DNA of 64,000 nucleotides from Rhizophagus irregularis. Taxonomy: Eukaryota. This document shows positions 38,184 through 55,747 of the stretch, in pieces. The translations under genes and the position numbers were made by a program. The stretch is from assembly GCF_026210795.1 (NCBI RefSeq), contig NC_089429.1, forward strand, positions 5,022,001 through 5,086,000, written 5' to 3'. Under the pieces are notes generated by a model. It was not told where the DNA came from. It did not search any database and saw only the letters and a program-made list of their open reading frames with translations. Numbering within the stretch: position 1 is the first letter of the stretch; every line of letters starts with the position of its first letter.

Positions 38184-40380
38184 ATGACAGATGATAGTAA
38201 TTATATACCTTTAAAATGAAGACTCTAGTAGTGATGAAGTTGTTGAAATTGTTCAAGTAGCAAAATTATCAGAATTATCGGTACCTGCAATAACTAGATC
38301 ACAATCCAAAGTTGGTATGGACTCATTTTATTAAAAGCATAATGATAAAGGAGAAATGCGCGCATATTGTCAGTTTGAAATGGAAAATGGAGAAAGTGCA
38401 CAAAAAATTATAAGTATGATGGGTCTACAAGGAAATCTTAGTAGTTATGCTATTAAACATGGTATTATACCTCCATCAGAAAGTAGATTCGAAATTAAAT
38501 TACAACCTACACAATCTATTTGCAAGAATGGACAAAAAGAAAAGGAAGAATCTACCTTACGATGGATTCTTTCAACAACACAATCTCTTTCCACTGTAAC
38601 TCATAAAGCTTATATTGAACATCATATGTATATTATAGATCCAAAATTTATAATTCCTGGAGAGAGAAAAATTAGAATGATGATTGCCCAAAGTTATGGA
38701 TATAATAAAAACAAATTAATACAACTTTTAAAAACTGCCCAATCCATATCCTTAACTACTGATTTGTGGTCTTGTTGTTCAAAACATGGTTATTTGGGTT
38801 TAACGGCAACGATTAATCAAAGATTTTGAAATAATAGATGTTTTACTTGAAATCACTTATTTTCCAGCACCACATACTGCAGAGGCAATTACAAAAACTA
38901 TTAAGAATATTATTCAAAAATAGGAAATTGAAAATCGTGTATTAATAATAACAACTGATAATGGTGCTAATATTATGGCAATTCAATTCGTGAATTAGCA
39001 CCAATTGAAAGACTTTCCTGTGCAGCACATACTTTACAATTAGCTATTGGAAGAGGCTTAAAACTTGTGGAAGCTTTAACAACACGTGTAAAACAATTAA
39101 TTAACTCTAAAACAAATTGAACGACTAGTTAAGGTACAAAAAGATAGTGGTTATGAAGAGCAATTACATTTAATACACCAGGTAAACACGTTTAAATTTT
39201 AAATTGTGATTTATATTTAATAATATATTAATTTTATTTTAACTATTTAAGATGTAATTCATTATTAATTCAATAATGGTGTAGTTAGCCGAAATACGAT
39301 CTACGCCTGAGCCGGGACCGGATCATGTTGCGGCTAATTATTTTTCGGCTAACTACACCATTATTGGAATTCATCATATTTAGCCTGGGATCGACTCAGT
39401 ACGCAATTCTTCAACTGAATATAAATTTATCTTGTTCCTTTATACGTGAAAAAAAAGCTGATGGTGCTAAATTAAAAAAAAAGAATGATAATGAATGGGA
39501 ATTATTAGATGAATTATGCAATATTTTAGCACCATTTGGGAAAGCTACACGAGATTTTTCTGGAAATACTTGTTACATTAAGTCAAATGATGCCTATTAT
39601 TACAGATCTTACAAATTCTTTGGAACCATGTAATAGTTGGTATGAAAGATGATTTTGATGAAGTTATTAATTCTAATTCAGAAGAAATTAATTATAATAA
39701 TATTAGAGAAGTTTTGGAAAAGTAAAAAAAAAAATATTTATATGGGTTTAAAGCATTATTGGGCAATACCAAATGAGTTTGGTATTATGGCAGCACTTTT
39801 AGATCCACGATATAAAAATCTTGATTTTATATCTGATAATAATATAAAAAGAAGAATCTACTTTAAAAGCTCAATATGACCAATTAAAATGGGAAATAAA
39901 CCAACAAAGTATTCCGTCATCACCTACAACTATTACTTCAACAAGTTCATTTAATTGCTGAAATTTCAATTGCTGAAAACCCAACTCCAAGTAGATCTTT
40001 ACGGAGCATAGGGCAAGACGTGAACAAAAAGCAAAAGAAATACTTCAAAGAACAGAGAATAGAAAATACTACTTTATCAGCAACAGATGATGAAATTACT
40101 AGTTATTTTCTTATGCCAATTGCTAGAGAATAAAATCTTTTAGATTGGTGGAAAGCAAAATAAGAAAATTTTCCAATTCTTTTTATAATTGCACAAAAAT
40201 ATTTAGGTATTCCTGCTACTTCTGTAGCTTCTGAGCGGCTTTTTTCTGATGCAGGAAATCATATTACAGCAAAAAGAAATTCATTAGATCCTGGTTTATT
40301 TGGAAAAATGGTATTTTTAAAGCGTAAATGCAAACTATGGATCGTATTGATGTGTTTCCTCCATAAATTTAATAGAGGAT
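38184..40380 (+). pseudogene. hAT transposase (BED-type) with many stops and frameshifts
   Basis: SLTTDLWS, TTDNGAN, CAAHTLQLAI, WNS, LLDPRYK, LDWWK and IAQKYLGIPATSVASERLFSDAG occur in order. Confidence 0.9.
39271..39366. repeat. 96-bp fold-back (mini-MITE-like) insertion in the transposase
   Basis: Perfect 24-bp inverted repeat CAATAATGGTGTAGTTAGCCGAAA / TTTCGGCTAACTACACCATTATTG. Confidence 0.8.
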
Positions 40381-42415
40381 GAATGTGAATTAAATGAAAT
40401 AATAGAATTTTATTTTAATAATTATATTTTACTATTTTTATTTGTAAATAAACTTGATTTGTATAATGAAAATAAATATTAAAGTTATTATTAATTAAAT
40501 AATTTTTTAAAAGTGATATTATAATAAGAGTTTAAAGTTTATACGCGGGTAGCAACACGCACTCCCTATACTATATATAAAAGTGAAAATTTTCATTCTA
40601 AACCCTACTTTGACCTTTAAGTAAAGTTGTAGAGCAGGACAAAATACGCATAGTACGTGCTTTTTAAAAGCTCCATAATATGTACATTACGCCATGTTTA
40701 TTCAAAAATCAGAAAATTTAACGGTGTCACGTGATAATAAGTTTACTATTTAGATATGGTGCTATGTAAATAAAAAAAATTCATCCGGATTTCGGTTTCA
40801 ACCGGATGAAACCGTGAAATCCGGATATCCGAAAGAAAAAAAAAAATCCGGATCAATCCGGTCAGGATACAGGTTGAAGCACTATAGAAAAGTCTATTTT
40901 GTGTTTTGTATATTTGTACTAGATTTAGAATTCGAATTCGGATTCGGATTACTATAATCTAAGAATGTAATTTATAAAATTTGGAAGATCTAGAGAGTAC
41001 AACATTACAGTACCACCAGCTGACAGATTAGAAATAATTTTTTTTTAAAAAAAAAAAATTGTGGTAGATAAACAAAGAATGGTCGGGTTAATCATTAAAG
41101 AATAAAAGATTATTTAATAATAACTTTTGACCTAAAATCTTGAAGTATTTAGTATGCGATTAGTACGACGTTGCTGCATTATCAAGCACGTGTAGCAATC
41201 TCATTGCGATCAGATGTTATCATGCTGGTCCTAAAAACAAAAAACCACATCCGCCTCGTAGTATAGCATTTTTTTTTACTGACACGCATTTCTTTATTGA
41301 AGTAAAATATATAAAATTACAAGCATCACATAAATACTTAGACCAAACATATGATTGATCGGATACGTAACGAATCTTAATGTTCAGTCTACAGCGGTGA
41401 AATTAGTGATGAAAAGAAATAGCTACACTCTTTAGAAAAAAAAAATATACAAATAAGAAAAAAGAAAATTTTATATGGACTATTTTTCGTTAATTAATCC
41501 CTCCATCCGGTAATTTTTTTCTTGAAACCTCTATACTGTCCTGCAAAAATATCCTCCTTTTCATCATATCTTTTATTCCATCTTTGACTATTTCTTTACC
41601 CTTATCATTTTTATTTGCTGTTCCATACTTTGAATCGCAACCTTTATGTCCATTCTCTCCATTTTGTCGTGTACGAATTTATAGTTAGCGAAAAATTCGT
41701 CTTGTAGAATAGCCAATCATATCGAATTTCTTATTTAGGTATACCAAATAATATGATTTTTAGAAGTGAATTGGTTAATATTTCTTCACTTGGTAATTGT
41801 ATCATTACTACTCATCAGAGGACGGCAGGGTAGCTTCGGCTTAATACATTCAATTGGCAGGATATCTTATTACAATCGCAGGTAAAGGAGCATCAATGTT
41901 ATTATATTGCATAAGTAGATGTTGAATTATAATGTATTTATTTATTCTATTAACCTAATTGATTGCATCTGGTTTACCGGTTTTTATTAGCAGAAAGTAT
42001 AGTTTCATTTATAATAAATCAATCTTGCAAAATTGGACCATTTATAATAAGCACGACGTAAATAGATTACTATATAATATATATCGTACCCCTGCAAATT
42101 GTTTTTGATAAAGTACCCTGGTATCAATTAGTGATTAACTCCAACTTTTTTCTTTAATATTCGAAAGAAAAATACGATTTCATTAAAAAAAAAAATAACA
42201 ATATAATTAATGAATTAAAAACTTCTTTGATTTATTGAATTTTTGAAGAATTGGTTGTTAAATTACATAATTTTTTACATTTTTTTTTCAAAAAAAAAAT
42301 AAAAAAATAATAATTGGATTGAAAGTGTTTCATAATTATACAAAAAAAAAATTGTTAATGAAATTTCATATGAAAATAAAGAAAAAAAAATAATAACAAA
42401 AAAAAAACCAAAAAT

Positions 42416-43825
42416 TTAATGACGTTGAATTCGAAACTTTCCAGGATATTTTAATGATACCATAGGATACACTTTTGGTGGAAGATTCGTCCAAGAACAA
42501 ACCGTAGGAAATTTTTTACCATTAATAGAGAATGCGCAAGTTCTATTATCCATATTTAAATGAACGGTGATTATATCTCCTTCACCAAAAGTCGTACCAT
42601 AATTTATGCAATGATTATTATTATAACATAGTCCATTTGATCCAAAGACCCAACCACTTGCTTGAACTCCAACAAAACATTCATAATTAAATTCTTCTGA
42701 TGAACAAATTCCTATCCAAGCATAGGTGCAACTTTTTTCAATAATAACATCCCATTCATAAATACCTAAATCAAATATTTCGATGCTCGCTCTAACATTT
42801 TGATGTGTCAAACATCCTCTTATAGCCCTAACTACTGCACCATTCCTTTCAACAGATAATTGAGAACCACTAGCTTGTTTATCCCAGACATATCCTGATT
42901 TATCATCCGTGTAAGGAATCCCTCTAGTAGCGGGCAAATTTTTATTTTTAATTAAAAAGCGATAAGCGTTAATAATCACATCAACAGGAACTATTTCTAA
43001 TGGATCAATAATTTCTTTTAAAATTTTTCCATCAATACGTCTAAAATCAATGAGATCAACTAAATTCGTCAATAATTCAGCAATCTTTGAACGATTAATA
43101 ATAAATTCACCATCATATATTTTTGAATCTATTTTTCTAGGACAACCCATCTTTTCTAAAGTTGGTAATCTAATCTTAAGTGAAGTTGCAGCATCATTTG
43201 AGATTTGATACGCCGCACGGATTGCTCCAAATCTTAAAACCTCATATTCAGGTGTAGCGAAAGGTTTCTCTTTATTAAAAGTGTATGATAATAAATATTG
43301 AAATGCTTCAAATGAAAGTCTACTATAATCGATAGTATTTAATGAAATTTTAGCAACAGATTCTGTTAATAACGAAAGAAAAGAATTTTCTGCAGACTCA
43401 GACATCTTTTCAATAGATTCAGATAACAATTCTGGTACGACACCATAATATCGTTGATTTAAAGATTCCTTAAGAGTTTCAACAATAGAATCTTGAAGAT
43501 CAGGAAGTTGAAGATAATCAGCCGCATGATAAGTTCCAACAATATTATCACTTGTTAATAAATCACCAACATTGCGTCCAGTATATAAAAATTCCATGAC
43601 AACTTTCATAGATGATGAATTAATTTCCGGAAAAAAAATTTGTTTTTCATAACTCTCTTTCATTCCATTATAAAGCATTCTATCAAACACTTCAGACCTA
43701 GAAGCAAGAATTGCTTTACATCCATAAATTTTAACACCATCTTCACATATAATTTCAATGTCACTATATTTTGAATTATCAATTAACATACTCAGATCTT
43801 TAACTAATGAATGTCCTCGCGTCAT
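42416..43825 (-). CDS. BTB-SPRY paralogue 8 (divergent)
   Basis: Intronless 469-aa ORF with BTB and SPRY motifs. Confidence 0.92.
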   Translation of the reverse strand: MTRGHSLVKDLSMLIDNSKYSDIEIICEDGVKIYGCKAILASRSEVFDRMLYNGMKESYEKQIFFPEINSSSMKVVMEFLYTGRNVGDLLTSDNIVGTYHAADYLQLPDLQDSIVETLKESLNQRYYGVVPELLSESIEKMSESAENSFLSLLTESVAKISLNTIDYSRLSFEAFQYLLSYTFNKEKPFATPEYEVLRFGAIRAAYQISNDAATSLKIRLPTLEKMGCPRKIDSKIYDGEFIINRSKIAELLTNLVDLIDFRRIDGKILKEIIDPLEIVPVDVIINAYRFLIKNKNLPATRGIPYTDDKSGYVWDKQASGSQLSVERNGAVVRAIRGCLTHQNVRASIEIFDLGIYEWDVIIEKSCTYAWIGICSSEEFNYECFVGVQASGWVFGSNGLCYNNNHCINYGTTFGEGDIITVHLNMDNRTCAFSINGKKFPTVCSWTNLPPKVYPMVSLKYPGKFRIQRH

Positions 43826-45393
43826 TTTTGGAAAGAAATTTTTTTGTTAATAAAATAATGAAGTAATATAATAACTTGACAAAAAAAATAAAAAATAATA
43901 AAATACTCTTTGGGTATTTATTCCAATTTATGATCTTATTTTGATATCCAGGTAAAAAAAATATGTTCAATTTAGGGAGACCACTCTTTAATATAGCTTT
44001 ACAGGTAAGTTACACTACAGGAAATATAAATGGCGGCGTCGATCACAAAAATCTTCTATATCGCATGATAAAGATAATTTACCGAATATTCACATGATTA
44101 CTGCACAAAAAATTAGAGACAAAGAAAAGAATAAATTTACTCTGCGTAATTTACTATTTATTTCATCATAAGTATTTCAAAATCGAAAATTTCACGAAAC
44201 GCGAAAAAATTTGTGCATTAATATAAGTAACAAATTCGGACGATAATTCCTTTTTTCATGAACGGTAACTCAATGATTTTCTTGAAAATTTCCTAATTTA
44301 AACTAATGAAATCAGTCGGTATAAATATAAATAAAATAACCGTTCACTTGATAATATTCTTTTTTTGGAGACTTTGGGAAATGTTTTACTTTAGACAGCA
44401 TGATTGTGATTGACACGTTACATTAGTGCGGCTGAAAAAATAATTTTGCCCAATCTGGTTAGCTAATTTAAAGATTATCTTTGTATTACTAAGTTGTTTG
44501 ATCATCAGTTAATTTAAAATATAACTCTTATTCGTGATTAAAATGATGATTCTAGTTAATTCATAAGACCTATATTTATTTTTAATTTCTAAAGAACGAA
44601 TCGATTTTGTTCCTGAATAAATTAATTTATTATTTGTACAAAAAGACTATAACAGAAGGTCTCAAAAATTATCGGATCTAATTATTTATCCGAAATTCGA
44701 TACCTGCTGCATTAACTTCTGATATCATACTTAGTTATCATTAATTGAATCTAACCGATTAAGGATATCATGTTACACGTAATTGAATAATATTGAAGGG
44801 TGATGTAGGTCGTAGATGTTAAGGAACGGAAATGGTTTATGAAACTATTATTATTATTATTTTATTATATTTTAACAATAATCACGAATTAAAAAATTTA
44901 AGATATTATATTATTTTTAAATATCTTAGCAGAATTTGTCTAAACTATTGAAATTCGCCATATAAAACTAGTCACCGCGATTAGACACTCTTTTTGTTGC
45001 TGCAGAAATTAGAAGCCTCATTTTTTATTCGGTAAATATAAAGATCATCAAGATCATCTACAAAACTGGCTGGAATTAAAACATTTGGGCTGAAATTAAG
45101 TAAATCATTAATATATCATGAATATCGACTATTCTGCGGAATACGTTGGAAATAAAACGCAATCTTCAAAAATTTAGAAAACGGGAAATTTCGGGTTTAT
45201 ACATGCATCAGGGGGCTATTATTACGTAATAATACGCGTATTAGGATATGTATAAATCAAATTTCTTCTCTCAACCATCTCACCCTTCTTCCGCTCTCCT
45301 CCGCTCGGATAAATTTTACGCAAACTTTTTTTTCTTTTTTTTCACATTACTCTTTCCTTTTCTTTTTCTATTTGTCTTATTTTGAACGATAAA

Positions 45394-46923
45394 ATGGCAA
45401 AGGGATATTCGTTAGCAACTGATTTGAGATTGTTAATAAACAACCCAAACTATAGTGATATCACTATTGTATGCGAAGATGGAAGCTTTTACGCGTGTAA
45501 GGCAATTTTGGCGGCAAGATGTGAAGTGTTTAATGGTTTTATTTATAATGGGATGAAAGAAACTTATGAAAATCAGATACGTTTTCCTGAGATAAAATCA
45601 ATTGCCATGAAAATTATACTCAATTATATATATACCGGATTTTGTACAGCTGAAGAATTGAAAAATGATACTATTATCGATATTTACCATGCAGCAGATT
45701 ATTTCCAATTAAAGAATCTTTCGGATTATATTATTAGAGTAATTGGATTTTTTTTGAAACCATCGGCAGAATCAAATGTTCCAGAATTATTATCAAGGGC
45801 TCTTGTCAAATTGTCACCATCGGAAGAAAATTCTCTTCTTCAAATATTGGCCGAATATGTATCATCAATGCCCTTGAACACTATTGAATATAATCAACTA
45901 TCCTTCCCTGCTTTAAAATTTCTTTTATCATATGTAAGAGGGAAAGGAAAATCCTTGCCAGCGACGGAATATGAAGTATTTCGATTTGTGATCATCCATG
46001 TAGCACACCAAATTTCAAAGGATGCAGTAGAAATGCTTGAAAATTATTTACCTACTATGGATAAAATAGATCAAATACAAGATTCGAATATCATCGTACA
46101 AAATACAGAATTTCACCTTTTTCGTCCACAATTAACTGAAATCTTAACTCCTCTACTTGAATTTATTGATATTAGACGTATAGATGGAAAAATTTTGACA
46201 GATGTTCTAGAACCATTGGATATTATTACTCCTGAAAAGATAGTTGACGCCTATAGATTTTACGCTAGAAATCATCTTAGTTTACCTTCTTCATTTACAA
46301 CTGAAACTCCCGTTTCCTTTAAACAAAATAATTTGTCTCCTGTTACCGCCAATCAAAATAATTTTTTTCCCACTTCTGAAACTTTAACTCCGGATAACTT
46401 GCGCTCCCCTATTGTTAATTCTCCACCTTTAATTAGTAAATTAAACTTTATTTGGGATGAGTCAGCATGTGGATCAGACCTTGTAATTGAAAAGACTGGA
46501 TCTACTGTGAGAGCATTGAGTAGTTGTAAATCAACAGAAAATGTTAAAGGAAAAATTTTAATTAATGATAAAGGTATATATGAGTGGAATCTAATCGTTG
46601 ATAAAGGATGCAAAAAAATGTATATTGGTATTTGTGCGGGTAAAAGTTTTGATGTAGAAAGTTTTGCAGGTTATCAAAGGAATGGATGGGTTTTCGCTTC
46701 AAGTGGGCTTTATTGGAACGATAGTAAATTCAAGCGTGGTGAAGCGACTTATGCGGAGGGTGATAAGATAACCGTTCATTTGAATATGAATGAAAAAACT
46801 TTAGCGTTCTCAATCAATGATAAAAGGTATCCAGAAATTTCCACGTGGAGGAAACTTCCATCAAAAATTTACCCTGTCGTATCATTATCATATCCAGGAC
46901 AAATTCGAATTCAACCTCATTAG
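45394..46923 (+). CDS. BTB-SPRY paralogue 9 (divergent, Ser/Thr-Pro-rich linker)
   Basis: The ATG at 45394 (MAKGYSL) matches the family start, whereas the ORF track begins at an upstream TTG. BTB and SPRY motifs intact. Confidence 0.9.
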   Translation: MAKGYSLATDLRLLINNPNYSDITIVCEDGSFYACKAILAARCEVFNGFIYNGMKETYENQIRFPEIKSIAMKIILNYIYTGFCTAEELKNDTIIDIYHAADYFQLKNLSDYIIRVIGFFLKPSAESNVPELLSRALVKLSPSEENSLLQILAEYVSSMPLNTIEYNQLSFPALKFLLSYVRGKGKSLPATEYEVFRFVIIHVAHQISKDAVEMLENYLPTMDKIDQIQDSNIIVQNTEFHLFRPQLTEILTPLLEFIDIRRIDGKILTDVLEPLDIITPEKIVDAYRFYARNHLSLPSSFTTETPVSFKQNNLSPVTANQNNFFPTSETLTPDNLRSPIVNSPPLISKLNFIWDESACGSDLVIEKTGSTVRALSSCKSTENVKGKILINDKGIYEWNLIVDKGCKKMYIGICAGKSFDVESFAGYQRNGWVFASSGLYWNDSKFKRGEATYAEGDKITVHLNMNEKTLAFSINDKRYPEISTWRKLPSKIYPVVSLSYPGQIRIQPH

Positions 46924-48357
46924 TAATGTTTAATAGTGATATTTAGCGAGATTTAATTGAATGATTTTATTATGTAATGATGATATACAATTTTTTGTCA
47001 AATGTGTGATTCATTTGAGCAGTTCTCAATAAAGAAAGAAAATTTTATAATTCAGAAGTAATAATAATTATTTGAAATTTACCATATATTATTTTATGAA
47101 TATATAATACCTATGCTGTATATATAGTGTCGATCGGAATTATTAACCTTTTTTAGCGAAGGAAATGATCACGAGAAAACGGAATATTTATTATTTTACG
47201 TAATCAATTCTCGTTGTTTGGTAGTAATAGGAAACTATTCCATGCAGGATATAATCACAAAGTATTAACTGTCAATGATATTGAACAAAATATGCAATTA
47301 AATGATTAATGACATGTTTTCATTTGTAAACACTGCGCCATTCTGGTAGCAAATCGTAGAATACAATAAGAATTGAATTCGACTGCATCGGTGTAACATT
47401 CACGCCTATATTTACATCAAATTTATGTTTTTTGTTACCCAAGAATGAAGAGAAGGATGTAAAAAATATTACTTATTCGATGGTTGAAGTTAACAACCTA
47501 TCGAATAACTTTTATCGTTAGCATCATCTTTAAGGTATGAGATCTCTTCTTAGCTTTAGGAATTACTATCCATTTAAAGTAATTATAATTATTGAAAGAG
47601 CATTTTGGATAATATATATTGAGAACATGATCGTGTAATGAAATAAATCTTTCCGCTTTATTATAACGAACTTTATATTATCAATAGATCATGTGAATTT
47701 TATTTCTTGAAATCTGTGCGACTTTTACTTATCCCAAATAATCGGTACCATTTGTGTTGAGAGCCTAGAACGCAAATGGTTAATATTCTAAATTTCTAAA
47801 AATAGAAAATTAATAAATGCTCGGATTAAAGTTCAATCGGTACAAAAAAGGGGTAAAATCAAAGAACATTGATAATGCCAAGAAAAGATTTACGATTGTT
47901 TTTACAGTAACATGTAAAAGATAAAGACCTTTAATATTATTGTAATCTATATATCATAAAATAGATTAACCTGTGAAGTATGAAAATCTCTCCTTTTTTC
48001 ATATTGACAAAATATCGTTGAACTTATTATCCATCGAATTTTTTTCGATTGGGATTCTATTGATAATAATTTTCCAATTGAATTGATTAAAATTCTTAAT
48101 AAGAATTTTTCATTGTATGAATAATAATATGGTTTGCGAAAGAAATTTCTAAACAAATACTGCGTAACTTTCTTTAATTATGCGCAGTTACAGCGTATTT
48201 TCGACTTAACCATTTACGGCAAACGGCGTATGGCTATTATAATGCATAAGTCTGATTTGGTAACGATTACCGATTTGTGGCAAAAAAAAAAAATTTATAT
48301 AAATGTGTGTAGCTAATTTTCTTTTTTAAACACAAAATATAATTTAAGTAAACAGAT

Positions 48358-54850
<6,493 letters not shown>

Positions 54851-55106
54851 AATTTATACATATAAGGATTTTTAATATAATTTACTTAGATTAATCTTAA
54901 TCAGATAATGAAATAATATAACATAAGGGAGAGTAATTGACTTTGTGTAGTGTAGTTAGTGGCTTTAAAATGATTTGAGATTAATGTGATAATATGTAAC
55001 ACACGTTTTTTATTTGATTGAATAAAAAATTTTTGGGTCCAATAATCTAATGATTCCCTTAAACATAACTAATAATACATCGAAAAATAAAAATTATTAA
55101 ATAGCG

Positions 55107-55520
55107 TTAAAATGGGTTTGCAGGGGTAAGTGTAGGCAGGAGGATGTATTCGATCCTCTATCTTAAGTCTGGTAAGGTTGGGATAAAGGTATTATAACGT
55201 ATTATAACGGAATTCATCTAGCATCACGTCTTGGGAACTCTGCTAGTTTACAAGACCAGTGATACCAGACGGTTCTAGGTAGTTTTAACGGGCAATTTTG
55301 CTAGGTAAACTATTTCTATTGCTCGAGGAAATGCCTAAAGAGAAAAGCCAGTGGAACTCGTTATATCGTTCCCTCAAGGACAAGGTTACCAGCGATACAA
55401 TCGAGATTCATGAAAAGTATAAGACCCCTACACAGTAATAAGAACGTCATGTCGACCTAAGAAATAAATCTTTCAATCACAGGCAGAGTAAAAATGAAGT
55501 GATTCCCGTCGTGACTATAT
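55107..55520 (+). pseudogene. Decayed D5-like (superfamily 3) primase-helicase of viral/Polinton-like origin
   Basis: Across frameshifts: KW-FAGVSVGRRMYSILYLKSG-x-GWDKGIIT (Walker A), HVLGTL, QTVLGSFNGQ, LLGKLFLLLEEMP (Walker B), LKDKVTSDTIEIHEKYKTP, KNVMS. Confidence 0.75.
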
Positions 55521-55747
55521 TATTTTTTTATCTCTTGCTAACTACGGAATTTGTGCTACAGATCTGAAATTCTTTCATCTCGAAAAAATTCTCTCGTGGA
55601 ACTTAACCCTTTATATGATCTAGATTTGACTGGAGAGATATAGATAAGTGAGAATTTATAACGGGTGGATAATTTTTTCGAAAGTCTGATGTTTATGTAC
55701 TTATCTTCCGACAGATCTGGGCAATGATTAAGAATATCCAGGAACTT

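Larger units (their letters stand above)
37581..40884 (+). mobile_element. hAT DNA transposon, full length, decayed
   Basis: TIRs TAGTGCTTCGACC / GGTTGAAGCACTA; 8-bp flanks TATAAAAG / TAGAAAAG. Left subterminal AAAATTCGTGG array at ~37670-38060; right ATCCGGA repeats. Confidence 0.92.

Noticed and set aside
41480..41960. Possible retroelement or gene relic on the minus strand
   Set aside because: Coding-like composition but no motif I could identify.
45382..45393. TTG start for paralogue 9 given by the ORF track
   Set aside because: Eukaryotic gene; the ATG at 45394 aligns with all paralogues.
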